Positions 15,312 through 24,090 of a stretch of DNA of 64,000 bases are shown here, one piece after another. A program made the translations under genes and the position numbers. A model generated the notes under the pieces. That model was not told where the DNA came from. It saw only the letters and a list, made by a program, of their open reading frames with translations, and did not search any database. Positions within the stretch are counted from its first letter, which is position 1, and every line of letters starts with the position of its first letter. The DNA comes from Holosporales bacterium (GTDB lineage: Bacteria; Pseudomonadota; Alphaproteobacteria; Paracaedibacterales; CANFPP01), in assembly GCA_947449005.1 (NCBI GenBank), contig CANFPP010000001.1, positions 8,442 through 72,441 of the forward strand. Direction: 5' to 3'.

Positions 15312-18300
15312 ATGAAGAAACCTATAATCAAAATCACGTCAACGGTATTAATGCTAAGTTTAATGAGCACTGCTCTTAATGCAGCAACGTCATTTATTAG
15401 GGATGAGGAGAGAGAAGCTGCGGCTTCTAAAATTCAGGTATTTTATTGGGACAAGAAACTACGTAGCTTAGCGGATGAATTATCTACAGAAGCACAGGAG
15501 ATGGGGAAAAGAACTGCGGGTAATCTAGCGTTGATTGCAGAAGAAATGCAAAAAAACATAGATTCGTTAAATAACTCCAATCGTTTTACAAGTACCGCCA
15601 TGCTTATGGGTATATTGCTTTCTAACCTAGAAGGTCTAGATACAGCACCTCTTTTGCAAAAATATCAAGCCTATCTTGAAAGACAAATAGCGAATGGAAG
15701 CTCCATCCAGAAACAACAAGCTTCTCTTATGAAAGTAATTATTAAAAACAAGAAGAGTAATAAAGAGGCTGAATTAAACGAGATGAGAGAGTTATTACAA
15801 GAAACAATGAATTCTCCTTACCCCGTTTTTCGGCTCTATGCTTATCATCTGCTCTTTGATGCGGCTAAAGACTCGGGAGATAAAGAAGCAGCTCTTCACT
15901 ATTTATATAAAGGAATGTTGTCATCTAAAAGAAATCACGCTCGTATTTATGAGGAATTAGCTGATTTTGACAATTCAGAAGATTATAAGCCTAAGAAGGA
16001 ACGCTATTTAAAGAAAATTATTAAAATTGGCACCCCAAAAGAAAAAGCGGAAGCACTCACTAAGCTTATTGTTTTATACGCCAATCAAAACTCAGCATTT
16101 TACAGACCGAGTGATGCTCTAAAACACTATCAAGATCTTATAAGTGATCCACAACTTGTTCGTTTTCTAGGTACAGATAATGATATTCATATACGGATTG
16201 CATGTCTCTTTGCATTTTCTCCTGATGAAACAGTAAAAAACGTAGAGAAAGCAATAGAGACTTTAGACGACATACTGTCAAAAGAACCTAATCACTGGAA
16301 TTATTCATATGCTACAAGTAGTTTGATAAGTATTTACGTTTCAAAAGATCCTGCTAGAGCGCTTAGATTAGCATTAGAAGCTCGAGAAAACCCAAATCTT
16401 CCAGAACCTTTCAAAACCTATATAGAAAGATCATTAGCAGATTTATATAGGGATGGTCCGGAAGGAATTAAAGACCCTCAAGCAGCTTTGCAAATTTTAG
16501 AAAATCTAGCGGCTATGACTTTTGGCCCAGTTTTTGCTTCCGATTATCATTCAAATGTGCTTTTGTCGCTGACTCATCTTTTGGTGTACGGAGATGCTAC
16601 AGTTAAAAACGCAGCAAGAGCAATACAGATTCACGAAGAACATCGCGAGAACGAGGCATTGAAGTCACGAAGACTGGCGGATTTAGCGTATATTTACAAT
16701 TATGATGCAGTTCATAAAAGTCCAGTGAAATTGGCTGAATGCTACCTGGAGCTTATAGAGTTCTATGCGGACCAGCCGTTAGAGAAACTCAAAGTTTTAG
16801 TAAATCTATTGAATCTCTATGACACTGAAGGAGAGACATTTAATCCAGAAGAAGCGAATAGTATTGTTCGAAGAATTTTAGAAATCCAAAGTGGTGATTC
16901 AGTGGAAGCTTTGGAAGCTCTTCAATCATGGGGTCAGCTTTTGACACAGGGGACTATTGTCGTTAAAAACATAGAAAGAACCATTCAATTTTACGAAAGG
17001 GTTCGTAGGCAGAGTGAGTTTAAATTATCAAGCTTACAAAAATTATCTTATATTTACGAACATGATTCAGTTCATAAAAATCCAGTAAAATTAGCCGAAT
17101 GCTATCTGGAACTTATAGAGTTCTATGCAGACCAGCCGTTAGAGAAGCTCAAAGTTTTAGTAAATCTATTGAATCTCTATGACACTGAAGGAGAGACATT
17201 TAATCCAGAAGAAGCGAATAGTATTGTTCGAAGAATTTTAGAAATCCAAAGTGGTGATTCAGTGGAATCCCTAGAAGCTCTTCGAGGATTAATTCAGCTT
17301 TTAGCAGACGGAACTATTGCAGTTAGAAGTGTAGAAAGAAATATTCAGCTTTACGAAGGGCTTCTTGAAAATAGTGAATTCAGGGCATTAAGTTTGAAAA
17401 AGCTTTCTAATATTTACACCACTGATCCAGTCCATAGAAATCGATCAAGAGCACTTGAATATTATCTAGAGCTTGTAGAGCTGTATGCAGATCAACAGAT
17501 AGAGCAACTCAAAGTTTTAGAGAATTTATTAGGTCTCTATGAAACTGAAGGTGATGATGATCAGGAAAAAACGAAGAGTATCATTGAAAATATTTTAGGA
17601 ATGCAATCTAGGAATTCGGTTGAATATCTAGAAACTCTTCAAAGACTTGTTCACAGTTTGATGTATGGAAACGCTAAAATTAGAGATATCGGAAAAGCAA
17701 TACAAATCCTAGAAGAGCTTTGTACGCACACCAATTTCAAAATATTAAATTTAAAGAAATTATCTAGTATTTACGAGTATTATCCTATCCACAGAAATCT
17801 ATCAAAAGCACTTGAATGCCAATTAGAGCTTGTGGAGTTGTATGCAGACCAACCGGTAGAGCAGCTTAAAGTTTTAGTAAACCTATTGAATCTCTATGAC
17901 ACTGAAGGAGAGACATTTAATCAAATCGAAGCGGATAATATTGTTCAAAAAATTATACAAATGCAAACTGGTGATTCAGTGGAAGCTTTGGAAGCTCTTC
18001 AATCATGGGGTCAGCTTTTGACACAGAGTACTATTGTCGTTAAAAATACAGAAAGAACCATTCAATTTTACGAAAGGGTTCGTAGGCAGAGTGAATTTAA
18101 ATTATCAAGCTTACAAAAATTATCTTATATTTACGAACATGATTCAGTTCATAAAAATCCAGTAAAATTAGCCGAATGCTATCTGGAACTTATAGAGTTG
18201 TATGCGGACCGCCGACTAGAACAATTGGATATCTTGGCGCGTTTATTGAAGCTCTATATAGCTGAAGGTATGACATTTAATACTGAAGAAACAAAGGCTA

Positions 18301-19121
18301 ACGCTCACAGAATTTTGACAGATTTACCTGCAGAGCCGGCTCCACTTTTAAATGTGAAAATTGCTTTATCAAACTTATATTACCTTTATCCTGACCTTTC
18401 AACACCTGAGGACATAACCAGTATAAATACGGAAATTCTTAGTCGGTCTTCAGAATTGGAAGCAAACTCATCGGACTTAATTAATGCCCATAAAAGTCTA
18501 ATAGAAAACTATCACAGACAAGGAAATGTTGAAGAAGAAAAAACAACATATCTACGTCTATTCAACAGTTGTGAAAATATTTCTATACTGACTGAATGTT
18601 ATCAACAACTTATAATATTATATGCAGATCAACCCTTAGAGCAACTCAACGTATTAGCACGCTTATTAAAGAGGTATATAACTGGAGAAACGACGTTTAA
18701 TACTGAAGAAGAAAAAGCAAGAGCTCAAGAAATCTTGACCGGTTTGTCTACAGATCAAAATGTTTTAGCCGCGGACCCGACCGCATCTTTGAAAGTACAG
18801 ATTGCTTTATCGGACTTATATTATCTTCATCCTGATCTTTCAACAATTGAGGAAATAACGAGTATAAACACAGAAATAAGTCGTTGTGAAGAATTAGAAC
18901 GAGGATCAGCAGAAGTAATTAATGCTCACCAACGTTTAATAAATATTTACAAAGCACAGCAAGACTTTGTAGCTGTTCGAAAAACATACATAAGTCTCCT
19001 CAAACGCAGTAGAGGAGATAATCAAGCCTCGGCTCTTGCAGAATACAACACCTTCATTAGGGAAAATCTTACGTTAAAAAGCACACTTACAACATCTACA
19101 GAACAGAATTTGGTCTCTTGA
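15312..19121 (+). CDS. Secreted IQ-motif / helical-repeat protein, paralog 4 (1,269 aa)
   Basis: Signal peptide ...LMLSLMSTALNA/A. IQ-like IQVFYWDKKLRSLA (15432-15473). Family N-domain, then roughly six or seven copies of the 120-aa module, two with near-identical DNA. C-terminal cap is homologous to paralog 1. Confidence 0.85.
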   Translation: MKKPIIKITSTVLMLSLMSTALNAATSFIRDEEREAAASKIQVFYWDKKLRSLADELSTEAQEMGKRTAGNLALIAEEMQKNIDSLNNSNRFTSTAMLMGILLSNLEGLDTAPLLQKYQAYLERQIANGSSIQKQQASLMKVIIKNKKSNKEAELNEMRELLQETMNSPYPVFRLYAYHLLFDAAKDSGDKEAALHYLYKGMLSSKRNHARIYEELADFDNSEDYKPKKERYLKKIIKIGTPKEKAEALTKLIVLYANQNSAFYRPSDALKHYQDLISDPQLVRFLGTDNDIHIRIACLFAFSPDETVKNVEKAIETLDDILSKEPNHWNYSYATSSLISIYVSKDPARALRLALEARENPNLPEPFKTYIERSLADLYRDGPEGIKDPQAALQILENLAAMTFGPVFASDYHSNVLLSLTHLLVYGDATVKNAARAIQIHEEHRENEALKSRRLADLAYIYNYDAVHKSPVKLAECYLELIEFYADQPLEKLKVLVNLLNLYDTEGETFNPEEANSIVRRILEIQSGDSVEALEALQSWGQLLTQGTIVVKNIERTIQFYERVRRQSEFKLSSLQKLSYIYEHDSVHKNPVKLAECYLELIEFYADQPLEKLKVLVNLLNLYDTEGETFNPEEANSIVRRILEIQSGDSVESLEALRGLIQLLADGTIAVRSVERNIQLYEGLLENSEFRALSLKKLSNIYTTDPVHRNRSRALEYYLELVELYADQQIEQLKVLENLLGLYETEGDDDQEKTKSIIENILGMQSRNSVEYLETLQRLVHSLMYGNAKIRDIGKAIQILEELCTHTNFKILNLKKLSSIYEYYPIHRNLSKALECQLELVELYADQPVEQLKVLVNLLNLYDTEGETFNQIEADNIVQKIIQMQTGDSVEALEALQSWGQLLTQSTIVVKNTERTIQFYERVRRQSEFKLSSLQKLSYIYEHDSVHKNPVKLAECYLELIELYADRRLEQLDILARLLKLYIAEGMTFNTEETKANAHRILTDLPAEPAPLLNVKIALSNLYYLYPDLSTPEDITSINTEILSRSSELEANSSDLINAHKSLIENYHRQGNVEEEKTTYLRLFNSCENISILTECYQQLIILYADQPLEQLNVLARLLKRYITGETTFNTEEEKARAQEILTGLSTDQNVLAADPTASLKVQIALSDLYYLHPDLSTIEEITSINTEISRCEELERGSAEVINAHQRLINIYKAQQDFVAVRKTYISLLKRSRGDNQASALAEYNTFIRENLTLKSTLTTSTEQNLVS
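16716..18198 (+). repeat. Intragenic 360-bp (120-aa) module repeats with near-identical stretches
   Basis: 16789-16908 is identical by eye to 17149-17268. 16894-17121 is nearly identical to 17971-18198. Confidence 0.8.
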
Positions 19122-19362
19122 TTTCGTAGGCGACAATGATACCTAAATGACAAGCCCAGAGTGATGATTAAATTGCACGATGTCATCATCCTGGGTCTTG
19201 ACACCTCCACAAAGCCCCTCATTTAACTGATGACAGTGATAGAAACAATTCAATCAATAAGATAAGTAATAAAATTGGTTATAAATTGAAATAAACTCTT
19301 GTCATTTAAAATAGAAAGATTATGATCTCGTCTAAATGTAACAATTTACCTTTGAAGAGAAA

Positions 19363-20145
19363 ATGTTCGCTGGAGCTATTGATCATAACAAAACTGAGCA
19401 AATGGTTGAAAGCTTGGGGGAAAGTAGCGATCTGAACGAGCTTAATATAAACATCAAAAAGATTTTTGAATCCTTTGATATAGAGAAATTTTCAATCGCA
19501 GGATACTGCGATAATGAGTTTCAAATTTTTGATACTTATCCCCCCGATTGGATGTCACATTACATTTCAAGCCAATATCATTTCCATGACCCAATCCTCT
19601 CATGGAATAAAATTCGACTCCCTTTTAGCTGGAGCAGCAATAAAATAAAAAATCTAACGCCAACACAGGAGCGTTTATTTTCAGAAGCTCATGATTTTGG
19701 AATTAATACAGGCATAACCTTATCTGTTCCCAGCCAGACTGGGCAAATATTTCTTACACTCTTGGATCATGAAAATCATCATCCTTTCGCACTGTATGCG
19801 CTTTCTTTAGCGGCTCAATCTTATTGGCACTTTACACAAATAACAAAAGCAAAGACTTTATTAAGCTTATTAACAGCGCGTGAACGTGAGATTATTTTTT
19901 TAAAAACAAAAGGATTGGCCATGAAGACCGTGGCCACAACTCTGAACATATCTGAATCAACTGTCGTTTTTCATTTAACAAATATCAAAAAAAAACTAAA
20001 AGTTTCAAATAGTGAACAAGCCCTTTTTCTTATTGGATTAGCAGTTAGCCAGTTACCAGGAAGTAATTTTCAAAACTTAGATAAAGAAAACTTTAATAGT
20101 AATGTTCACCCAGCTGCTCTTCGCTCTTCATTATTATCTTCTTGA
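19363..20145 (+). CDS. luxR: LuxR-family AHL-responsive transcription regulator
   Basis: Autoinducer-binding-domain residues (PPDWMSHYISSQYHFHDPIL...W). C-terminal HTH LTAREREIIFLKTKGLAMKTVATTLNISESTVVFHLTNIKKKL. Confidence 0.85.
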   Translation: MFAGAIDHNKTEQMVESLGESSDLNELNINIKKIFESFDIEKFSIAGYCDNEFQIFDTYPPDWMSHYISSQYHFHDPILSWNKIRLPFSWSSNKIKNLTPTQERLFSEAHDFGINTGITLSVPSQTGQIFLTLLDHENHHPFALYALSLAAQSYWHFTQITKAKTLLSLLTAREREIIFLKTKGLAMKTVATTLNISESTVVFHLTNIKKKLKVSNSEQALFLIGLAVSQLPGSNFQNLDKENFNSNVHPAALRSSLLSS

Positions 20146-20783
20146 GTATATGCGTAGATTGGTTTTACGTAAGATAGGAGAGGCTTTGTAAAATCATAAC
20201 CTAATTGTGCAAGTAGTTTTTCATAGCTTTGCCAAGAAAACACGTAGCTCGTTACCAACAACTGATTTCCATTGAAATTTCTTTCCACAACAGGTTCCCC
20301 AGAATATCCATACCGACTATACAGTTTTTTAAACGCAGGGAATGAAACAACAAGACACATTTTTACATTCTTTAACTCTAAAGAAAAATGTGCATAAGCC
20401 GCAGAAATACTGGCTGTAACGTGGCTGACCATTTGAGGCGTATAATTTTCATCAAAATTGTGATCAACAGCTAGTCTACTTTGTTCCCAGCACCCAACTT
20501 TCTTAAAATTTTCTAAGTTAGGGAGCAGAAACCTAAAGGGACCATCGAACATGCATGGATTTATCATCTCAATAAGACGAATACAACCTCTTACAATCCC
20601 GCGTTCATCTTTATAAATTATGTACGTGGCATGTTTCTCGTCATATTCATCTTTTTCCATACCGTGGTTACTTGTAACATCCCACTTTAGTTTTTCGAAA
20701 AAAACTTTATGCCGTAGACGATACATATTATCAAGGTCGTGCCTATGAAATTCATAATTACTTGGATCAATGAGAATTAGCAT
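20106..20783 (-). CDS. luxI: LuxI-family acyl-homoserine-lactone synthase
   Basis: MYRLRHKVFFEKLKWDV...EKDEYD...ATYIIY...RGCIRL...CWEQSRLAV matches conserved LuxI blocks (R..VF...L.W.V, E.D.YD, WE.SR). Convergent with luxR, and the 3' ends overlap by 40 nt. Confidence 0.85.
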   Translation of the reverse strand: MLILIDPSNYEFHRHDLDNMYRLRHKVFFEKLKWDVTSNHGMEKDEYDEKHATYIIYKDERGIVRGCIRLIEMINPCMFDGPFRFLLPNLENFKKVGCWEQSRLAVDHNFDENYTPQMVSHVTASISAAYAHFSLELKNVKMCLVVSFPAFKKLYSRYGYSGEPVVERNFNGNQLLVTSYVFSWQSYEKLLAQLGYDFTKPLLSYVKPIYAYTQEDNNEERRAAG

Positions 20784-20841
20784 CTTTATTTCCTTAAAAC
20801 ATATTATCTAATGGATATATCTGTATAAAAAAAACAAATTC

Positions 20842-20856
20842 AAGTACGCGGTACTT
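20842..20856. promoter_or_regulatory. Candidate lux-type box upstream of luxI
   Basis: Palindrome AAGTAC-gcg-GTACTT, extendable to 8-bp arms with one mismatch. Its centre lies 66 nt upstream of the luxI ATG. Confidence 0.3.
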
Positions 20857-21083
20857 TATTTTTATTCTCTAGAACAAATTCTTTAATTAATAATTATTGA
20901 TATGTTTTATATACTTTAAGGGGAACTTATCTGATATTGATTCATAATTCCACGCGAAAGTTCTAGAATAATTCGCATCTGATATCTCTTAAGTAGAAGA
21001 TAAACCCTTGACGAATTGGTCGTTTTTCGGGTAGGAAAGAACTAAATATAATGAATTTTAAGATGATCTAGGAGAGAATTAAC

Positions 21084-21389
21084 ATGGCTAAACGTTGCGC
21101 CATTACTGGCAAGGGTGTTTTATCAGGAAATAACGTAAGTCACGCAAACAATAAAACACGTCGTCGTTTTTTGCCAAACCTTCAAGAAGCATCTTTTATG
21201 AGTGATTCTTTGGGAAGAATGGTTCGTTTACGTCTAAGTACTAGAGGAATTCGCACGATTGAATTTCATGGTGGTATTGATGCTTACCTTTTAAAGGCAA
21301 AGACTGCACGCCTTGCTCCTGAAATTGTAAAGCTAAAAAAAGTTATTAAAAAGCGTACTATTGCAGTTGCTGCAGCTGCTACAGCTTAG
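21084..21389 (+). CDS. rpmB: 50S ribosomal protein L28
   Basis: [34 protein letters not shown] is the canonical L28 N-terminus. RBS aggagag. Confidence 0.95.
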   Translation: MAKRCAITGKGVLSGNNVSHANNKTRRRFLPNLQEASFMSDSLGRMVRLRLSTRGIRTIEFHGGIDAYLLKAKTARLAPEIVKLKKVIKKRTIAVAAAATA

Positions 21390-21414
21390 TTTAAGCTTAT
21401 AAAGCTATTTAAAA

Positions 21415-21520
21415 GATCCCCGAATCAAGTTCGGGGATGATAAGAATGAAGAGTGGATTCCCGCCTACGCGGGAATGACGATAGGGTGTATCGTCATCCT
21501 GTTTCTTAATATCAGATCTC
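21415..21520. repeat. Cluster of palindromic-element arms (families A and B)
   Basis: GATCCCCGAATCAAGTTCGGGGATGAT, GTGGATTCCCGCCTACGCGGGAATGACG and CGTCATCCTG...CAGATCTC. Confidence 0.6.
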
Positions 21521-21567
21521 AAAAGTAAAAAAATACCATTGATGACTCCGAAAGTTTAGTCCTTCTC

Positions 21568-22362
21568 ATGGATAATATTATCTTTTCCATTATACATTAT
21601 CTACAAAGCCTCTCAGCTGAACTTTTATCGCTTATTTTATTCCTTACCTGCTCTGTTATCATTTTAGCTATGCTGCGCTTTTTTGGCGCTGTGGGATTAT
21701 ATGCCTACAGCACGATTGCCATTATTATGGCAAACATCCAGGTCTTAACTGTGGCAGAGTTTTCATTTTCCTCAAGGCCCATTGCCTTAGGAACAGTTGT
21801 GTTTGCAACTACTTTCCTAGTAAGCGATATCTTAACAGAGCACTATAATAAAAAAACTGCACAGACAGCTTTATGGCTAAGCGTCTGGGGGCAAATCGTT
21901 GTAACGATAGTAATGGTATTAGCTTTAGGCTATAAACCGATAGAATGTAACTCATTACCGTCTGAAGTGAGTGCCGTTTGCACAACAAACGCTTTGGCAA
22001 TGTTAAAATTGTTTTCTCCCTCCCCTCGTCTGTTAATTGCAAGTTTGCTGGCCTATGCTATCAGTCAACTTTTTGACATTTGGGTATTTCAAAAAATTAA
22101 AGATTTGAGTCATAATCGTTGGTTATGGCTGCGAGTCAATACATCAACTCTCTTGTCAGGTTTATTAGACAACACCGTCTTTAGTGTAATTGCATGGGTT
22201 ATTTTAAGCTCCACTCCTGTTGATTTTTCAACCTTAGTCTTTACGTTTATCTTAGGAACGTATCTAATGCGCGTTGTCATTAGCTTTCTTTCAACGCCGA
22301 TCATTTATTTAAGTTATTATTTTCTTCCAAAAACAGAAACATTTTATGAACACAAATTTTAA
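21568..22362 (+). CDS. yhhQ: Queuosine-precursor transporter YhhQ (VUT/DUF165 family)
   Basis: Polytopic membrane protein with family-like segments (FLVSDILTEHY, AYAISQLFDIWVFQKIK, LLDNTVFSVIAW). Overlaps tgt by 17 nt. Confidence 0.7.
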   Translation: MDNIIFSIIHYLQSLSAELLSLILFLTCSVIILAMLRFFGAVGLYAYSTIAIIMANIQVLTVAEFSFSSRPIALGTVVFATTFLVSDILTEHYNKKTAQTALWLSVWGQIVVTIVMVLALGYKPIECNSLPSEVSAVCTTNALAMLKLFSPSPRLLIASLLAYAISQLFDIWVFQKIKDLSHNRWLWLRVNTSTLLSGLLDNTVFSVIAWVILSSTPVDFSTLVFTFILGTYLMRVVISFLSTPIIYLSYYFLPKTETFYEHKF

Positions 22363-23530
22363 ATTTACAAGCCACACACCTGGTAAAACAAAGGCACGCT
22401 TAGGGACGATTACAACCCCGCACGGCACCATTGAGACACCTGCTTTTATATTCTGCGCAACCAAAGCTGCTATGAAGGCGTTAACGCCTGATGACATGGT
22501 TAATGGTGATACGCAAATCATCCTTTCAAACACCTATCACCTTCTTTTGCAACCAGGACCAGAGATTGTTGAGAAAATGGGCGGACTACATCGTTTTATG
22601 GGATGGAGTGGTCCGATGCTGACGGACTCTGGTGGTTTTCAAATCTTTAGTTTGGGACACGGATCAGTTGCGTCTGAAATCAAAGGCAGGAGAATGTCAA
22701 ATCGCAATCAAACTCTTTTAAAAATTACGGAAGACGGTGCGAGATTTAGGTCCTACATTGATGGAAATGAGCACGTTTTAACACCTGAAAAATCGATTGA
22801 TACACAGCGAAAGTTAGGCGCTGATCTTATTGTGGTTCTTGACGAATGCACTCCTTTTCACGTTGATAAGGCCTATACACAAAAATCAATGGAAATGAGT
22901 CATCGCTGGGCGGCTCGAAGCTTAGCAGAGTTCAAACGCGGAGATACGGGCGATCAACAACTCTATGGAATTATCCAAGGTGGCATTTATCCTGATTTGC
23001 GCAAAGACAGCTGCGATTTTGTAAATTCGCAAGAGTTTTTTGGACATGCGATTGGCGGCTCCTTGGGCGCAGATAAAAGCCAAATGCATGATGTGATTGC
23101 AATTGCGACTGAACACTTGTGTCCTGATCGCCCGATTCATCTCCTCGGTATTGGGGGAATTAGTGATATTTTTGTTGGCGTAGCGCAGGGCATTGATACC
23201 TTTGACTGCGTTCATCCAACGCGCATTGCACGTCACGGCAGCGCTTTGGTTAGAATGGAAAATTCAGGTTCAAGAGAGAGTGAACATATAAATCTGCGCA
23301 ATAGTCAATTCAGAGAAGACCCGACTCCTATTGAGCCAGATTGTGGATGTGCAACGTGCAAAAAATATTCAAAGGCTTACTTGCACCATCTTTTAAAGGC
23401 AAAAGAACTTTTGGCATTTACGTTGATATCGATTCATAACATAACCTTTATGAACCGCTTAATGACGGCAATCCGCCGCGCGATAAAAGATGATACGTTA
23501 GAGCAGGAGCGGAAGCATTGGTTGGGCTAG
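22346..23530 (+). CDS. tgt: tRNA-guanine transglycosylase
   Basis: TPAFIFCATKAA..., NTYHLLLQPG, LTDSGGFQIFSL, VLDECTP and the Zn site CGCATCKKYSKAYLHHL. Confidence 0.93.
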   Translation: MNTNFKFTSHTPGKTKARLGTITTPHGTIETPAFIFCATKAAMKALTPDDMVNGDTQIILSNTYHLLLQPGPEIVEKMGGLHRFMGWSGPMLTDSGGFQIFSLGHGSVASEIKGRRMSNRNQTLLKITEDGARFRSYIDGNEHVLTPEKSIDTQRKLGADLIVVLDECTPFHVDKAYTQKSMEMSHRWAARSLAEFKRGDTGDQQLYGIIQGGIYPDLRKDSCDFVNSQEFFGHAIGGSLGADKSQMHDVIAIATEHLCPDRPIHLLGIGGISDIFVGVAQGIDTFDCVHPTRIARHGSALVRMENSGSRESEHINLRNSQFREDPTPIEPDCGCATCKKYSKAYLHHLLKAKELLAFTLISIHNITFMNRLMTAIRRAIKDDTLEQERKHWLG

Positions 23531-23548
23531 GAGAGTTAAGTCTCCCCC

Positions 23549-24004
23549 CTATTCACCAGCTAATCCAGAACAAACAACTCGATTATTTTTTGGATAATAT
23601 TTGAGCACATAACTACCCTTTAAACTTTTTGTTTTTTGTACTCTTTTATTAATCAAATCAATTTGTTTGTAAACTTGAGCGATAATCAGATCGTCATGGT
23701 TTCTAATTTTAGTAAATAAATCACCTTTTATAACTAAATGGTCTTCGAAATAGACTGACTCAGTAAGATTAATATCTTGTATAGACTTAACAATCTGATC
23801 TGCTGAATAGCGAGGTGAAACATTTTCCAGCTGCATTTCCTCCGCATGCAAAGGAGAAGACAATACCCCCCCCATACTCTGAAGCATCCATGAAAACGAA
23901 AATCTAGAACCTGGTTCTGGCTTTAGTAAATCATTAGTTGCTGCTTGGCATTGCCCCATAGCTATAATAAAAAAGACGAATACACCAACTTTTCTTATTT
24001 CCAT
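23549..24004 (-). CDS. Hypothetical secreted protein (151 aa)
   Basis: Signal-peptide-like N-terminus VGVFVFFIIAMGQCQA/AT. No recognisable domain. Confidence 0.55.
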   Translation of the reverse strand: MEIRKVGVFVFFIIAMGQCQAATNDLLKPEPGSRFSFSWMLQSMGGVLSSPLHAEEMQLENVSPRYSADQIVKSIQDINLTESVYFEDHLVIKGDLFTKIRNHDDLIIAQVYKQIDLINKRVQKTKSLKGSYVLKYYPKNNRVVCSGLAGE

Positions 24005-24090
24005 TAACAGCTCCTTTACTTAATTTTCTATTTATTATACCACAAATAATAATCAAACAACATCTTTCAATAGATTTACTAAAAACTTAT

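Noticed and set aside
19987-19995. A9 homopolymer inside the luxR HTH-coding region as a phase-variation switch
   Set aside because: It encodes KKK in frame, and A/T runs of this length are common in this AT-rich sequence, including non-coding DNA. There is no evidence of a frameshifted allele here.
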